A stretch of 64,000 bases of DNA, taken from assembly GCA_965217685.1 (NCBI GenBank), contig CBDCIZ010000003.1, positions 697,657 to 761,656 on the forward strand. Direction: 5' to 3'. Shown in pieces: positions 1-9,028 of the stretch (the stretch's first letter is position 1; each line of letters begins with the position of its first letter). A program made the translations under genes and the position numbers. This stretch comes from Aurantimonas sp. Lineage in GTDB: Bacteria; Pseudomonadota; Alphaproteobacteria; Rhizobiales; Rhizobiaceae. Below the pieces are notes generated by a model that saw only the letters and a list, made by a program, of their open reading frames with translations, did no database searches and was not told where the DNA came from.

Positions 1-159
1 GCCGACCGGTGCAGTCTCGTCGGCCAGCCGGGCCGCCAGCATCGTCTCGTCGGCGGCGCTGACTGCCTGAACGGTGGCGATACCGAGTTCCTTGGCGGCG
101 CGGATGATCCTGACGGCGATCTCCCCGCGATTGGCGACGAAAATCTTCGCAATCGCCAT
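1..159 (-). CDS. biotin carboxylase (AccC-like ATP-grasp enzyme), 5' end only; gene runs off the window
   Basis: Reverse strand from ATG at 159 reads MAIAKIFVANRGEIAVRIIRAAKELGIATVQAVSAADE..., the canonical biotin carboxylase N-terminus. The start lies 3 nt after the stop of the carrier-protein ORF. Confidence 0.75.
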   Translation of the reverse strand, partial: MAIAKIFVANRGEIAVRIIRAAKELGIATVQAVSAADETMLAARLADETAPVG

Positions 160-162
160 GCG

Positions 163-405
163 TCAGGCTTCGAGATCATAAAGGGCCTGACCGGCCATGA
201 CCGCGTCCTCGTTCTCGACATGGAAGGCGACGAGTGTGCCGGCCGTCTCGGCGACGACAGGGGCAAAGGACTTCATAACCTCGATCAGACCGACGGTGTC
301 GCCGACGGCGACGGCATCCCCCTCCTGCTTGAAGACCGGCTCTTCCGGCGAAGGCGACCGATAGAATGTACCGGGGATCGGAGCTTCGATGGTCGTCTTC
401 GTCAT
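163..405 (-). CDS. biotin carboxyl carrier-like protein (biotinyl domain only)
   Basis: 80-aa ORF with a biotinyl/lipoyl-type domain and the attachment lysine in GLIEVMKSF. It sits immediately upstream of the biotin carboxylase start. Confidence 0.8.
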   Translation of the reverse strand: MTKTTIEAPIPGTFYRSPSPEEPVFKQEGDAVAVGDTVGLIEVMKSFAPVVAETAGTLVAFHVENEDAVMAGQALYDLEA

Positions 406-628
406 GATATCATTCGCCTATCGGTTGTCGGGGAACAAAGGTGAGCGTTGCAAAACTTAGGGGCGGCGTAAAATTGCAAAAGAAAAATCCTCGTATCAGA
501 AAATTAGATACCCTAGAATCATCGTCGCATGGTCGGCGGGTGAATTTCGGGCGCCCGGCAACTGGCCCGGTAAACATTGCCCTTCACGCGAGCACTCCCA
601 AGCCAGTGGGCAGACGAGGGCGCAAACC

Positions 629-1546
629 ATGTCGATATCGCTTAAGCAGATCCGGTATTTCGTGGCCGCAGCGGAAACGCGGCAGATCAGCCGTGCCGCG
701 GTGGAGTTGAACGTCTCGCAATCGGCAGTCACCACGGCAATCCAGCAGCTCGAGGCCCTGCTCGGCGCGTCGCTTCTGGACCGCACGCCGCAGGGCGTGA
801 AGGTGACCATCGAAGGTGGCCGCTTCCTGCCCCAGGCAAAACAGATCCTTTCCTCCGTGGCCGAAGCGATCCGCAGCCCGCACATGACGGGCAATCGTGT
901 CGTCGGGCGGGTGCGTGTGGGGGTGACCTACACGGTATCAGGCTACTTTCTTTCGCCGCATCTCATCCGCTTCTACGCAAATTTTCCAGGTGTCACGCTC
1001 GAGCTGTTCGAAGCGCCCCGCCCCGTTCTGGAACAGGCCATTGTCGACGGCGCCCTCGATGTCGCCGTAATGCTGGTCTCGAACCTCGAGAACCGGAATA
1101 AAATCTCCAGCGAGATCCTCAAGCGCTCGCCCCGGCGATTGTGGGTCGCGCCGTCCCACCCGTTGACGCGGCTCGATCGCGTATCCCTGCGAGATATCGA
1201 GCCTCATCCGTATCTTATGCTGACCGTCGACGAGGCGAAAATAACGGCGATGCGCTATTGGGCCGTTTCGGAACTCGAGCCCAAGGTGATCTTCCGGACC
1301 GCATCGGTCGAGGCAGTACGTTCGATGGTCGCTTCCGGGCTCGGCGTGACGATCCTGTCGGATATGGTCTACCGGCCGTGGTCGCTGGACGGTCAGCGCA
1401 TCGAGACGCGGGTGATCGACGATGGGGTGCCGAGCATGGATGTCGGGCTTGCCTGGAAACGGGACGTCACTCCCGACGCCGCCTACGAAGCCTTTCGCGA
1501 CTTCATGCGCTACGCCACGGCGAACGTTGGCGAAGCTCCATATTGA
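629..1546 (+). CDS. LysR-family transcriptional regulator
   Basis: 305 aa. N-terminal wHTH LKQIRYFVAAAETRQISRAAVELNVSQSAVTTAIQQLE. Divergent from the BCCP operon. Confidence 0.9.
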   Translation: MSISLKQIRYFVAAAETRQISRAAVELNVSQSAVTTAIQQLEALLGASLLDRTPQGVKVTIEGGRFLPQAKQILSSVAEAIRSPHMTGNRVVGRVRVGVTYTVSGYFLSPHLIRFYANFPGVTLELFEAPRPVLEQAIVDGALDVAVMLVSNLENRNKISSEILKRSPRRLWVAPSHPLTRLDRVSLRDIEPHPYLMLTVDEAKITAMRYWAVSELEPKVIFRTASVEAVRSMVASGLGVTILSDMVYRPWSLDGQRIETRVIDDGVPSMDVGLAWKRDVTPDAAYEAFRDFMRYATANVGEAPY

Positions 1547-1649
1547 TGCCTGCAAGGAACTGGCCGCAGATTCCACGAAACTTTCGGTCCTTGAAAAACC
1601 ACCGACAAAACTATTGATTTTCTAGATACGCTGTCGCGCTTTATTCGAT

Positions 1650-2447
1650 TTGACCTCGCGTCCCGATACCGGCCACGTTTGGAACCGCAGCAATCATAGG
1701 CGGTTCGAGCAAAGGACGAGGGTATTGGGCGTCACCATCAATTGCGATATGGGCGAAGGCTTCTCGCTATACCATTGCGGCGACGACGCCGGACTGATGC
1801 CCTTCGTCGACATCGCCAACGTCGCTTGCGGTTTTCATGCCTCTGACCCGTCCGTAATGCGAGCGACCGTCTCCCTTGCCGCCAAGCACGACGTCGCGGT
1901 CGGTGCCCATCCGTCCTTTCCGGACCTGCAAGGTTTCGGTCGGCGCGAAATGAAGATGGACCGGGACGAACTCGCCGCCTGCCTGATCTATCAGATCGGC
2001 GCACTCAAAGGCTTCCTGCATGCTGAAGGATTGCCGCTCAACCACATCAAGCCCCATGGCGCGCTTTACGGCGCCGCGATGCGGGATCGGCACGTCGCCG
2101 AGGCGATTGCCGATGCGGCAGAGATTTTCAGCGTTCCCCTTCTCGGCATGCGCGGCACGCTGCAGGAAGAGATCTACCGCGAACGAGGCGTCCCCTTCCT
2201 CGCCGAATATTATGCCGACCTCGAATATGACGGCTCGGGCGGCCTGATCATCACCCGCAAGCACGGCTCCAAGGATCCCGAAGAAGCCGCACGCCGGGTC
2301 AGACAGGTGCTCGTCGACAAGAAGGCGACGACGATCGACGGCACACTGATCGACATGCAAGCGGACACGATCTGCATCCATTCCGACACGCCCGGCGCGG
2401 TCGAACTGGCGAGCGCCGTCAGGCAAGCCCTGAATGAGGCGACTTGA
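1650..2447 (+). CDS. LamB/YcsF family protein (5-oxoprolinase subunit A, PxpA-type)
   Basis: Motifs INCDMGEGF, ANVACGFHASDP and GAHPSFPDLQGFGRR are typical of LamB/YcsF. The track start at 1650 is TTG; the TTG at 1725, preceded by AGGACGAGG, is a more plausible start (about 240 aa). Confidence 0.85.
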   Translation: MTSRPDTGHVWNRSNHRRFEQRTRVLGVTINCDMGEGFSLYHCGDDAGLMPFVDIANVACGFHASDPSVMRATVSLAAKHDVAVGAHPSFPDLQGFGRREMKMDRDELAACLIYQIGALKGFLHAEGLPLNHIKPHGALYGAAMRDRHVAEAIADAAEIFSVPLLGMRGTLQEEIYRERGVPFLAEYYADLEYDGSGGLIITRKHGSKDPEEAARRVRQVLVDKKATTIDGTLIDMQADTICIHSDTPGAVELASAVRQALNEAT

Positions 2448-2603
2448 AATACAATTCCCGGTTCATGGACTCCGGACAGGGCTTGAAGTCCACTCGGAAA
2501 GGCGCCGCCAAGGAGCTGCGAGATCAAAACGGGTCCTGAGAAAACGGGAGATATGGGGAAAACGCCAGGCCGCACACGGCACGTTCGACACCGATCGGAG
2601 TGA

Positions 2604-3566
2604 GTGGAAATGCAGGTTAGATATTCGACAAACGACGTCCCTCCCGCCCAGCGTAGGCTGGCTTGGCAAAAGGCGGTCTCGGACATCTATTTTCCGCTCG
2701 AACTTGCCTATGAGGGATCGGACATCTTTCATGGCACGCTCGAAGCCTGGACCCTCGGCCAGGTCTCTGTTTCCCGCAATTGCTCGAACGGACTGCTTTA
2801 TCGTCGCCACGAACATCACCTCGTCGAGGCATGCGACGAAAGCTACCTGATCACCGTTCCCGAACTCTCCGAGGTCCGCTTCGTCCAGGATGGCAGGGAC
2901 GTCTCCTGCGCACCGGGTGGTTTTCTGATCGAACGCAGCCACCTTCCCTATGAGTTCAGCCACCGCGACCCCGCTTCGTTGTGGGTGCTGAAAGTGCCGA
3001 GCGCCGTGCTCGAGGCCCATATCAGCCGGCCGGAACGCTTGGCTTCGCTGAGCTTTGATGCCAGGTCGAGTGTTGGCGCGCTCTTCATCGACATGCTGCG
3101 CATTGCCGTCACGCGGATCGCCGAGTTCAATGATGCGACCCGGCACCTGATTGGTAGGCAACTCGTCGAGCTTATCGCTGCAGCAGTCACGGCGGACAGC
3201 CGGGTACTGATCGGCTCGTCGACCTCCGTGCGCGATGCGCATCTGTGCCGGGCCGAGGACATTGTCCGCAACCGGCTCCGCGACCCAAACCTATCGCCCC
3301 AGAGCGTCGCCAACGCCTGCGGCATCTCGCTGCGTTATCTCCAACAGATTTTCGAGGCACAGAACACCACCGTCGGCGCCCATATTCGCAGCCAGCGCTT
3401 GGCCTTGTGCGATCAGCGGCTGCGCGATCCCCGCCTCCGGGGGGCCATTTCCCAGATCGCCTATGAATGCGGTTTTGGCGACCAGGCTCAGTTCAGCCGA
3501 AGCTACCGCGCCCGGTTCGGCCGCACCCCGAGCGAAACCCGTGCAGAAGCGAACGGCCGGCGCTAG
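2604..3566 (+). CDS. AraC-family transcriptional regulator
   Basis: 320 aa. C-terminal double HTH (ACGISLRYLQQIFE ... IAYECGFGDQAQFSRSYRARFGRTPSE). GTG at 2604 or ATG at 2610. Confidence 0.85.
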   Translation: MEMQVRYSTNDVPPAQRRLAWQKAVSDIYFPLELAYEGSDIFHGTLEAWTLGQVSVSRNCSNGLLYRRHEHHLVEACDESYLITVPELSEVRFVQDGRDVSCAPGGFLIERSHLPYEFSHRDPASLWVLKVPSAVLEAHISRPERLASLSFDARSSVGALFIDMLRIAVTRIAEFNDATRHLIGRQLVELIAAAVTADSRVLIGSSTSVRDAHLCRAEDIVRNRLRDPNLSPQSVANACGISLRYLQQIFEAQNTTVGAHIRSQRLALCDQRLRDPRLRGAISQIAYECGFGDQAQFSRSYRARFGRTPSETRAEANGRR

Positions 3567-3793
3567 CCCAAGGGCACCAAGACGTATGGGTGCAGAAATT
3601 TTCGGCACGTCTTCTTCCAAGCATTGCGCAGAAAGCGCTCAGATTCTTCGGCCGCATAGAAATCAGGCCAAGGCTTCGCCTGGACACAAGCTTTTATGCG
3701 CCAATCGTCAAGAATGACGTCCACAAAGCTGTTTAGCTTCCTGAACGCGCCGCAAGAGCCGCCCGTAAGAAAGGGAGCCAGCACGGCGAGAAT

Positions 3794-5833
3794 ATGGGAA
3801 ACGACGCCTTGCAAAACCTTCGTGTAGCCGTCGATGTCGGCGGAACCTTTACCGACATGTGCATCATGGACGAGACGACCGGTCGGATCCGGATCGAAAA
3901 GACGTCCTCGACCAGCGATCCGATCGATGGGATCATGACCGGCGTGCACAAGGCCGGCATTGATCTCGCTGATGTGGCGCTCTTCTCGCACGGAACGACA
4001 GTCGCCACCAATGCGCTGATCACGCGGCGCCTTCCGCGTACGGCCCTCGTTTCGACCAAGGGCTTCCGCGACGTCATCGAAATCCGCCGCGCTAACAAGG
4101 AAGACCTTTGGGACGCCTACAAGGACGTCGTGCGACCCTACATCCCGCGCCGCGACCGGCTGACGGTTCCCGAGCGCATCGACGCAGCCGGAGCGATCGT
4201 GGAACCGCTCGACAAGGACGCCGCCCGCGAGGTCGCGCGTATCCTGAAGCGCCGCGGGGTCGAGGCGATCGCCGTCTGCTTCATGAACGCCTATCTCAAT
4301 GGGGAGAATGAACGGGCGATGCGCGCCATCCTCGTCGAGGCGATGCCCGATACCCCGGTGTCCATATCCTCCGAGGTGCTGCCCGAGATTTTCGAGCACG
4401 AACGCTTTTCGACAACGGTCGTCAACGCGGCGCTGAGCCCGGTCGTCGTCAGCTACACCGAGCGCCTCGGCGACCGTCTGGCCGAAGACGGCTATACGCG
4501 CGATCTGCTGCTGCTGCATACCGGCGGAGGCGTGATGACGCCGGCCAGCGTCAAGGACTTCGCAGCCCGCCTCGCCGGATCAGGTATCGCGGCAGGCGCC
4601 ATCGCCAGCCGCCACATCGCCGGCCTGTGCGGATTTGCCAATTCGATCGGCCTCGACATGGGCGGGACGTCCACCGACGTGTCGCTGGCCTATGAGGGCC
4701 AATCGCGAGTCACCAAGGATTGGTACATCGAGTTCGGCTATCCGATCCGCTTCTCCTCGATCGAGGTGATGACCATCGGTGCCGGCGGCGGTTCGCTCGC
4801 CTGGACCGATGAAGCCGGTTCACTGCGCAACGGGCCGCAATCGGCCGGCGCCTATCCCGGCCCTGCCTGCTACGGAAACGGCAACGAGGCGCCGACCAAC
4901 ACCGACGCCAACGTGACGCTCGGGCGTCTGGGCACCAGCCTTGCCGGCGGTTCGGTCCAGCTCGATCCGGAACTCGCCCGCAACTCCGTCGCCAAGGCCG
5001 TTGCAGAGCCCTTCGGCCTCGGCATTGAGGAGGCTGCCGACGCGATCCTGCGGGTGGCAAACGCCAACATGTCCGATGCGGTGCGCCTCATCTCCATCAG
5101 CCGCGGTTACGATCCGCGCGACTTCGCCCTCGTGGCCTTTGGCGGGGCGGGCGCACTGCATGGTGCGGCCATCGCCCGCGAACTCTCGATCCCTGTGGTC
5201 ATCGTGCCCACCAATCCGGGCGTGACCTCGGCGCTCGGTTGCCTCCTCGTCGACATGCAGCATGATTTTTCCGAAAACTGCATGATCGAGGCTACCGAAG
5301 CCGACCCCGACGCGATCGAGGCGCAATTCGCCCGCATCGAGAAGGAAGCGCTGGACCGGTTGACGCACGAGGGCGTGCAACCGCAGGACATTGTCTTCCA
5401 GCGCTCCATCGACATGATGTATCGCGGCCAATGGCGCTCCCTGGCAGTGACTGCGCCAAGCCCGGTCCGGTCGATCACCGATCTCGTCGAGGATTTCCAC
5501 CGCGAGCACCTTCGCGAATACAATTTCCGGCGCGACGACACGCCGGTCAGCCTGTTCCGCGTCAATCTCAAAGCGATAGGGATAGTGCCGAAGGCCGACC
5601 TCCTCGTCCATGAACCGACGGGCGAGACACCGGAGCCGGCAAGCCGGCGCACCGTCTGGTTCGCCGACGAACCGCACGACACGCCGATATTCGAACGCGA
5701 TACCCTGCCGGCCGGTTTTCGGCTCGAGGGTCCGGCAATCGTCGAACAGGTCGACTCGACCACTGTCGTTCCGCCCTGGGCTGCGGCCGAAGTCGACAAG
5801 TATCTCAACATCATCATCCGCGCGAAGGGCTGA
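3794..5833 (+). CDS. hydantoinase A / N-methylhydantoinase A / oxoprolinase-family alpha subunit
   Basis: 679 aa. ASKHA-type phosphate motifs LRVAVDVGGTFTD and GLDMGGTSTD. Length and order are typical of HyuA-like proteins. Confidence 0.9.
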   Translation: MGNDALQNLRVAVDVGGTFTDMCIMDETTGRIRIEKTSSTSDPIDGIMTGVHKAGIDLADVALFSHGTTVATNALITRRLPRTALVSTKGFRDVIEIRRANKEDLWDAYKDVVRPYIPRRDRLTVPERIDAAGAIVEPLDKDAAREVARILKRRGVEAIAVCFMNAYLNGENERAMRAILVEAMPDTPVSISSEVLPEIFEHERFSTTVVNAALSPVVVSYTERLGDRLAEDGYTRDLLLLHTGGGVMTPASVKDFAARLAGSGIAAGAIASRHIAGLCGFANSIGLDMGGTSTDVSLAYEGQSRVTKDWYIEFGYPIRFSSIEVMTIGAGGGSLAWTDEAGSLRNGPQSAGAYPGPACYGNGNEAPTNTDANVTLGRLGTSLAGGSVQLDPELARNSVAKAVAEPFGLGIEEAADAILRVANANMSDAVRLISISRGYDPRDFALVAFGGAGALHGAAIARELSIPVVIVPTNPGVTSALGCLLVDMQHDFSENCMIEATEADPDAIEAQFARIEKEALDRLTHEGVQPQDIVFQRSIDMMYRGQWRSLAVTAPSPVRSITDLVEDFHREHLREYNFRRDDTPVSLFRVNLKAIGIVPKADLLVHEPTGETPEPASRRTVWFADEPHDTPIFERDTLPAGFRLEGPAIVEQVDSTTVVPPWAAAEVDKYLNIIIRAKG

Positions 5834-5838
5834 AAGCA

Positions 5839-7797
5839 ATGGCGACCGAGCAGATCGATCCGGTGACCTTCGAGGTCCTCAAGAACTCCTTCATTACCGC
5901 CGTCGACCAGATGGGCGAGCAGGTCCTGAGAACCTGCTACTCCTTCGTAATCTACAATCACGATTTCTCCAGCGGACTGCACGATGCCAAAGGCGAATGC
6001 GCGGCCCAAGGCAACCAGGACATCGCCGTCCATGTCGGCACACTGCATTTCACCTGCCAGGACGTCATGCGCCATTTCGAAGGCGACATGCGCGAGGGCG
6101 ACGTCTACGCCATCAATGATCCCTATGCCGGCGGCACGCATTTTTCCGACGTGAGGTTGGTGCGGCCGATCTTCGCGAATGGCAAGGTCATCGCTTATTC
6201 CCAGTCGAACGGCCACTGGTCCGACGTCGGCGGCAGCGTGCCGGGCTCCTTCGACGTGTCGGCCCGCGAGATGTTCCGCGAAGGCTTGCGGATCACGCCT
6301 GTTCGACTGTTCGAGAAGAACGAGATGCGCCGCGACGTGGCGGGCCTGATCGCCTCGAACACCCGCGATCCGGCCTCGATCATCGGCGACATGCAGGCCC
6401 AGGCCCAAGCCACGCGGGTCTGCGAACGCGAAATCCATCGCCTCGTCGATAAATACGGCTGCGAGACGATCGAGACCGGTCTGTCGGCCGTGCAGGACTA
6501 TGTCGAACGTGCGGTGCGCCAGCGGATCGCGGCGATGCCGGACGGCGAATGGGAGACGGTCGACTACATCGACCGCGACCCCGCCGGCGGCGAGGGCATG
6601 ATCCCGATCAGGATCAAGATGACGATCAAGGGCGACAAGGTGATCTACGACTTCACCGGCAGCCATCCGGTGATCGGCTCGATCTACAATTCCGCCTTCG
6701 GCACGACCTTCTCGGGTGTCGCTGCCGGGATGAAGACCTTCTTCCCCGACCTGCCGCTGAATTCGGGCTTCTATCGCTGCTTCGAAATCATCGCGCCGGA
6801 AGGTTCGATCGTCGACGCCAGGTGGCCCGTCGCGGTGACCGGCTTTTTGATGCCCTTCGAGAAAATCATGAACTCGATCTACGAGATGTGGTCGAAGCTG
6901 ATACCCGAGCGTGCCCTCGCCTGCGCGTTCAACCTCGAATATCTCCTCACCGGCGGCCGGGACAACCGCGCGTCCGAGAAGTCGATCTTCATGTTCTACG
7001 ATTGGCTTCCCGGTGGATGGGGCGGGCGCAACGGCAAGGACGGTAACAACTGCACCACCGCCTCCTTCGGCACCGGAATGATGGCCCAGCCGGTCGAGGG
7101 ACAGGAACGGGCGAGCCCGATCATCTGTACGGAGATGGAGATCATCAAGGATTCCCCCGGCCCGGGCCGGTGGCGCGGCGGATCAGGCGTGCGCAAGACC
7201 TCGCGCATGCTTGCCTGCGAAAACGTCGTGATCTCCTACATCTGCGACCGCGAACGCGCTGTCGTCTGGGGCATCGAAGGCGGCCTGCCCTCCATGCCGC
7301 ACGGCTTGACGCTGACCCAAGCGAAAGATGGCAAAAGCAAGCGTCTCGGCGCGATCTTCTCCGACGTGTCCATCGGCGAGGGCGACATCTTCACCAGGCC
7401 GACCGCCGGCGGTGGCGGCTTCGGTGATCCGCTGAAGCGTGATCCCAAGCAGGTCCTCGAAGACGTCATCGACGATTACGTCTCGGTCGAACGCGCGGCG
7501 AAGGACTATGGCGTGGTCATTCGCGAGATCGATGTCGAGCTGTGCGAATACGAGATCGACACGGCCGCAACCGATGTGCTGCGTGCAAAGATCCGGGAAA
7601 ATCGCGTCGCTTGGGCACGCGCCGATCCCGAAGAAGTCGCCGGACGCTACCGCGACGGTGAGATCGACGTCCTCGACGTCGTCCGACAGCACGCCGTTAT
7701 TCTCGACTGGGAAAGCGGCGATCTCCTGCCCAAATCCACACGCCAATTCCGCGAAGGCTTCGAACGCCGATCGGTCGCACAATGGGCTCCGGCCTGA
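5839..7797 (+). CDS. hydantoinase B / oxoprolinase-family beta subunit
   Basis: 652 aa. Starts 6 nt after the alpha-subunit stop. HyuB-like segments DPVTFEVLKN and INDPYAGGTHFSDV. Confidence 0.9.
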   Translation: MATEQIDPVTFEVLKNSFITAVDQMGEQVLRTCYSFVIYNHDFSSGLHDAKGECAAQGNQDIAVHVGTLHFTCQDVMRHFEGDMREGDVYAINDPYAGGTHFSDVRLVRPIFANGKVIAYSQSNGHWSDVGGSVPGSFDVSAREMFREGLRITPVRLFEKNEMRRDVAGLIASNTRDPASIIGDMQAQAQATRVCEREIHRLVDKYGCETIETGLSAVQDYVERAVRQRIAAMPDGEWETVDYIDRDPAGGEGMIPIRIKMTIKGDKVIYDFTGSHPVIGSIYNSAFGTTFSGVAAGMKTFFPDLPLNSGFYRCFEIIAPEGSIVDARWPVAVTGFLMPFEKIMNSIYEMWSKLIPERALACAFNLEYLLTGGRDNRASEKSIFMFYDWLPGGWGGRNGKDGNNCTTASFGTGMMAQPVEGQERASPIICTEMEIIKDSPGPGRWRGGSGVRKTSRMLACENVVISYICDRERAVVWGIEGGLPSMPHGLTLTQAKDGKSKRLGAIFSDVSIGEGDIFTRPTAGGGGFGDPLKRDPKQVLEDVIDDYVSVERAAKDYGVVIREIDVELCEYEIDTAATDVLRAKIRENRVAWARADPEEVAGRYRDGEIDVLDVVRQHAVILDWESGDLLPKSTRQFREGFERRSVAQWAPA

Positions 7798-7873
7798 AAG
7801 CTGCGTCCGCCTCGTTGCCCCTTCGCACCAAGCTACTGTCAATGCCCCGAAACCCGAAGAAGGATTGCAGATC

Positions 7874-8962
7874 ATGGCCGACACAATGAAGACCCGCATC
7901 GCTTTTGCTACAGCGAGCTCACTCGCCATCCTCGTCGTGGCGACCCAGCCCAGCACCGCCGCGGATTCCTCGGCATCCTGGTGGCCGTTTCCGGTCAACG
8001 ACGCGTCCTCCGGCACACCGACGCCGGCCGAATACACACCGCTCGATAAAGCCGAAAAGCCCCACAACATCTGCGTCCTCTTCCCGCACATGAAGGACAG
8101 TTTCTGGGTTGCGGTGGCCTACGGCATCGTCACCCAGGCCAAGGCCGAAAACGTCAACATGAACCTTTACGAAGCGGGCGGGTACGAGAACCTGCCCAAA
8201 CAGATCTCCCAGTTCGACGACTGCATGGCGAGCGGCGCCGACGCGATCGTCGTCGGCGCGATTTCCGGCGCCGGCCTGATGCAGAAATTCGCCGAGGCGA
8301 AAGAGAAGAACATCCCGGTCGTCGGCGTGACCAACCCGCTGCCCGAAAACGCCCTGCCTGCGGCGAACTACGTCGACTTCGTCGCCATGGGAGGGGTCAC
8401 CGCCAAGGGCCTTCTCGCCCGGCTCGGCGACGACGAAGAGGCGAATGTGGTTACATTCCCTGGCCCCGCCGGCTCCGGTTGGGCGGAGTCCTTCAACGAG
8501 GGCTTCAAAAAGACGGTCGAAGGCCACTCCAACGTCAAGATCCTCGACGAAAAATTCGGCGACAGCGGCGTCGCGGTCCAGCTTCGGCTGATCCAGGACG
8601 CCCTCCAGACCTATCCCAACATGAACGTTATCTGGGGTACGGCACCAACCGCCGAGGCCGCCATCGGCGCGGTTCAGCTCGCCGGTCGCCCGGACATGAA
8701 GATCATCTCGTCCTACGAGAACCAGGCCATGCTCGATGCCTTGAACCGCAATGAGATCCAGGCCTTCGCAACCCAGTACCCAGTAGCCGAGGGCGCAATG
8801 GCAATCGACCAAGCGGTGCGCCTGATCGAAGGCAAAGACGTCATGGCTCTGGTCCAGCCGAAGCCCGACGTCATCGACGCGGACACGGCCAAGGGCCTCA
8901 ACATGGATCTGGTTCTGGCGCCGGCAGACTGGAACCCGGAATATTCCGTCTCGGCCAAGTAA
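7874..8962 (+). CDS. periplasmic substrate-binding protein, CUT2/ribose-TorT-like ABC family
   Basis: Signal-peptide-like N-terminus MKTRIAFATASSLAILVVATQPSTAAD, then a type-I PBP core (ICVLFPHMKDSFWVAV...). The track ORF begins at 7439, but that extension overlaps the hyuB-like gene out of frame. ATG at 7874 or 7886 is the plausible start. Confidence 0.8.
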   Translation: MADTMKTRIAFATASSLAILVVATQPSTAADSSASWWPFPVNDASSGTPTPAEYTPLDKAEKPHNICVLFPHMKDSFWVAVAYGIVTQAKAENVNMNLYEAGGYENLPKQISQFDDCMASGADAIVVGAISGAGLMQKFAEAKEKNIPVVGVTNPLPENALPAANYVDFVAMGGVTAKGLLARLGDDEEANVVTFPGPAGSGWAESFNEGFKKTVEGHSNVKILDEKFGDSGVAVQLRLIQDALQTYPNMNVIWGTAPTAEAAIGAVQLAGRPDMKIISSYENQAMLDALNRNEIQAFATQYPVAEGAMAIDQAVRLIEGKDVMALVQPKPDVIDADTAKGLNMDLVLAPADWNPEYSVSAK

Positions 8963-8980
8963 CATCGCGTCCGACGACCC

Positions 8981-9006
8981 GGCGGACAGGCTCTGGCCTG
9001 TCCGCC
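8981..9006 (+). promoter_or_regulatory. intercistronic stem-loop after the SBP gene
   Basis: Perfect 10-bp stem GGCGGACAGG / CCTGTCCGCC with a 6-nt loop, between the SBP stop (8962) and the ATPase start (9029). There is no T-tract, so it is more likely an mRNA-stability or attenuation element than a full terminator. Confidence 0.4.
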
Positions 9007-9028
9007 CCACTGTATTCCAGGAGACGCC

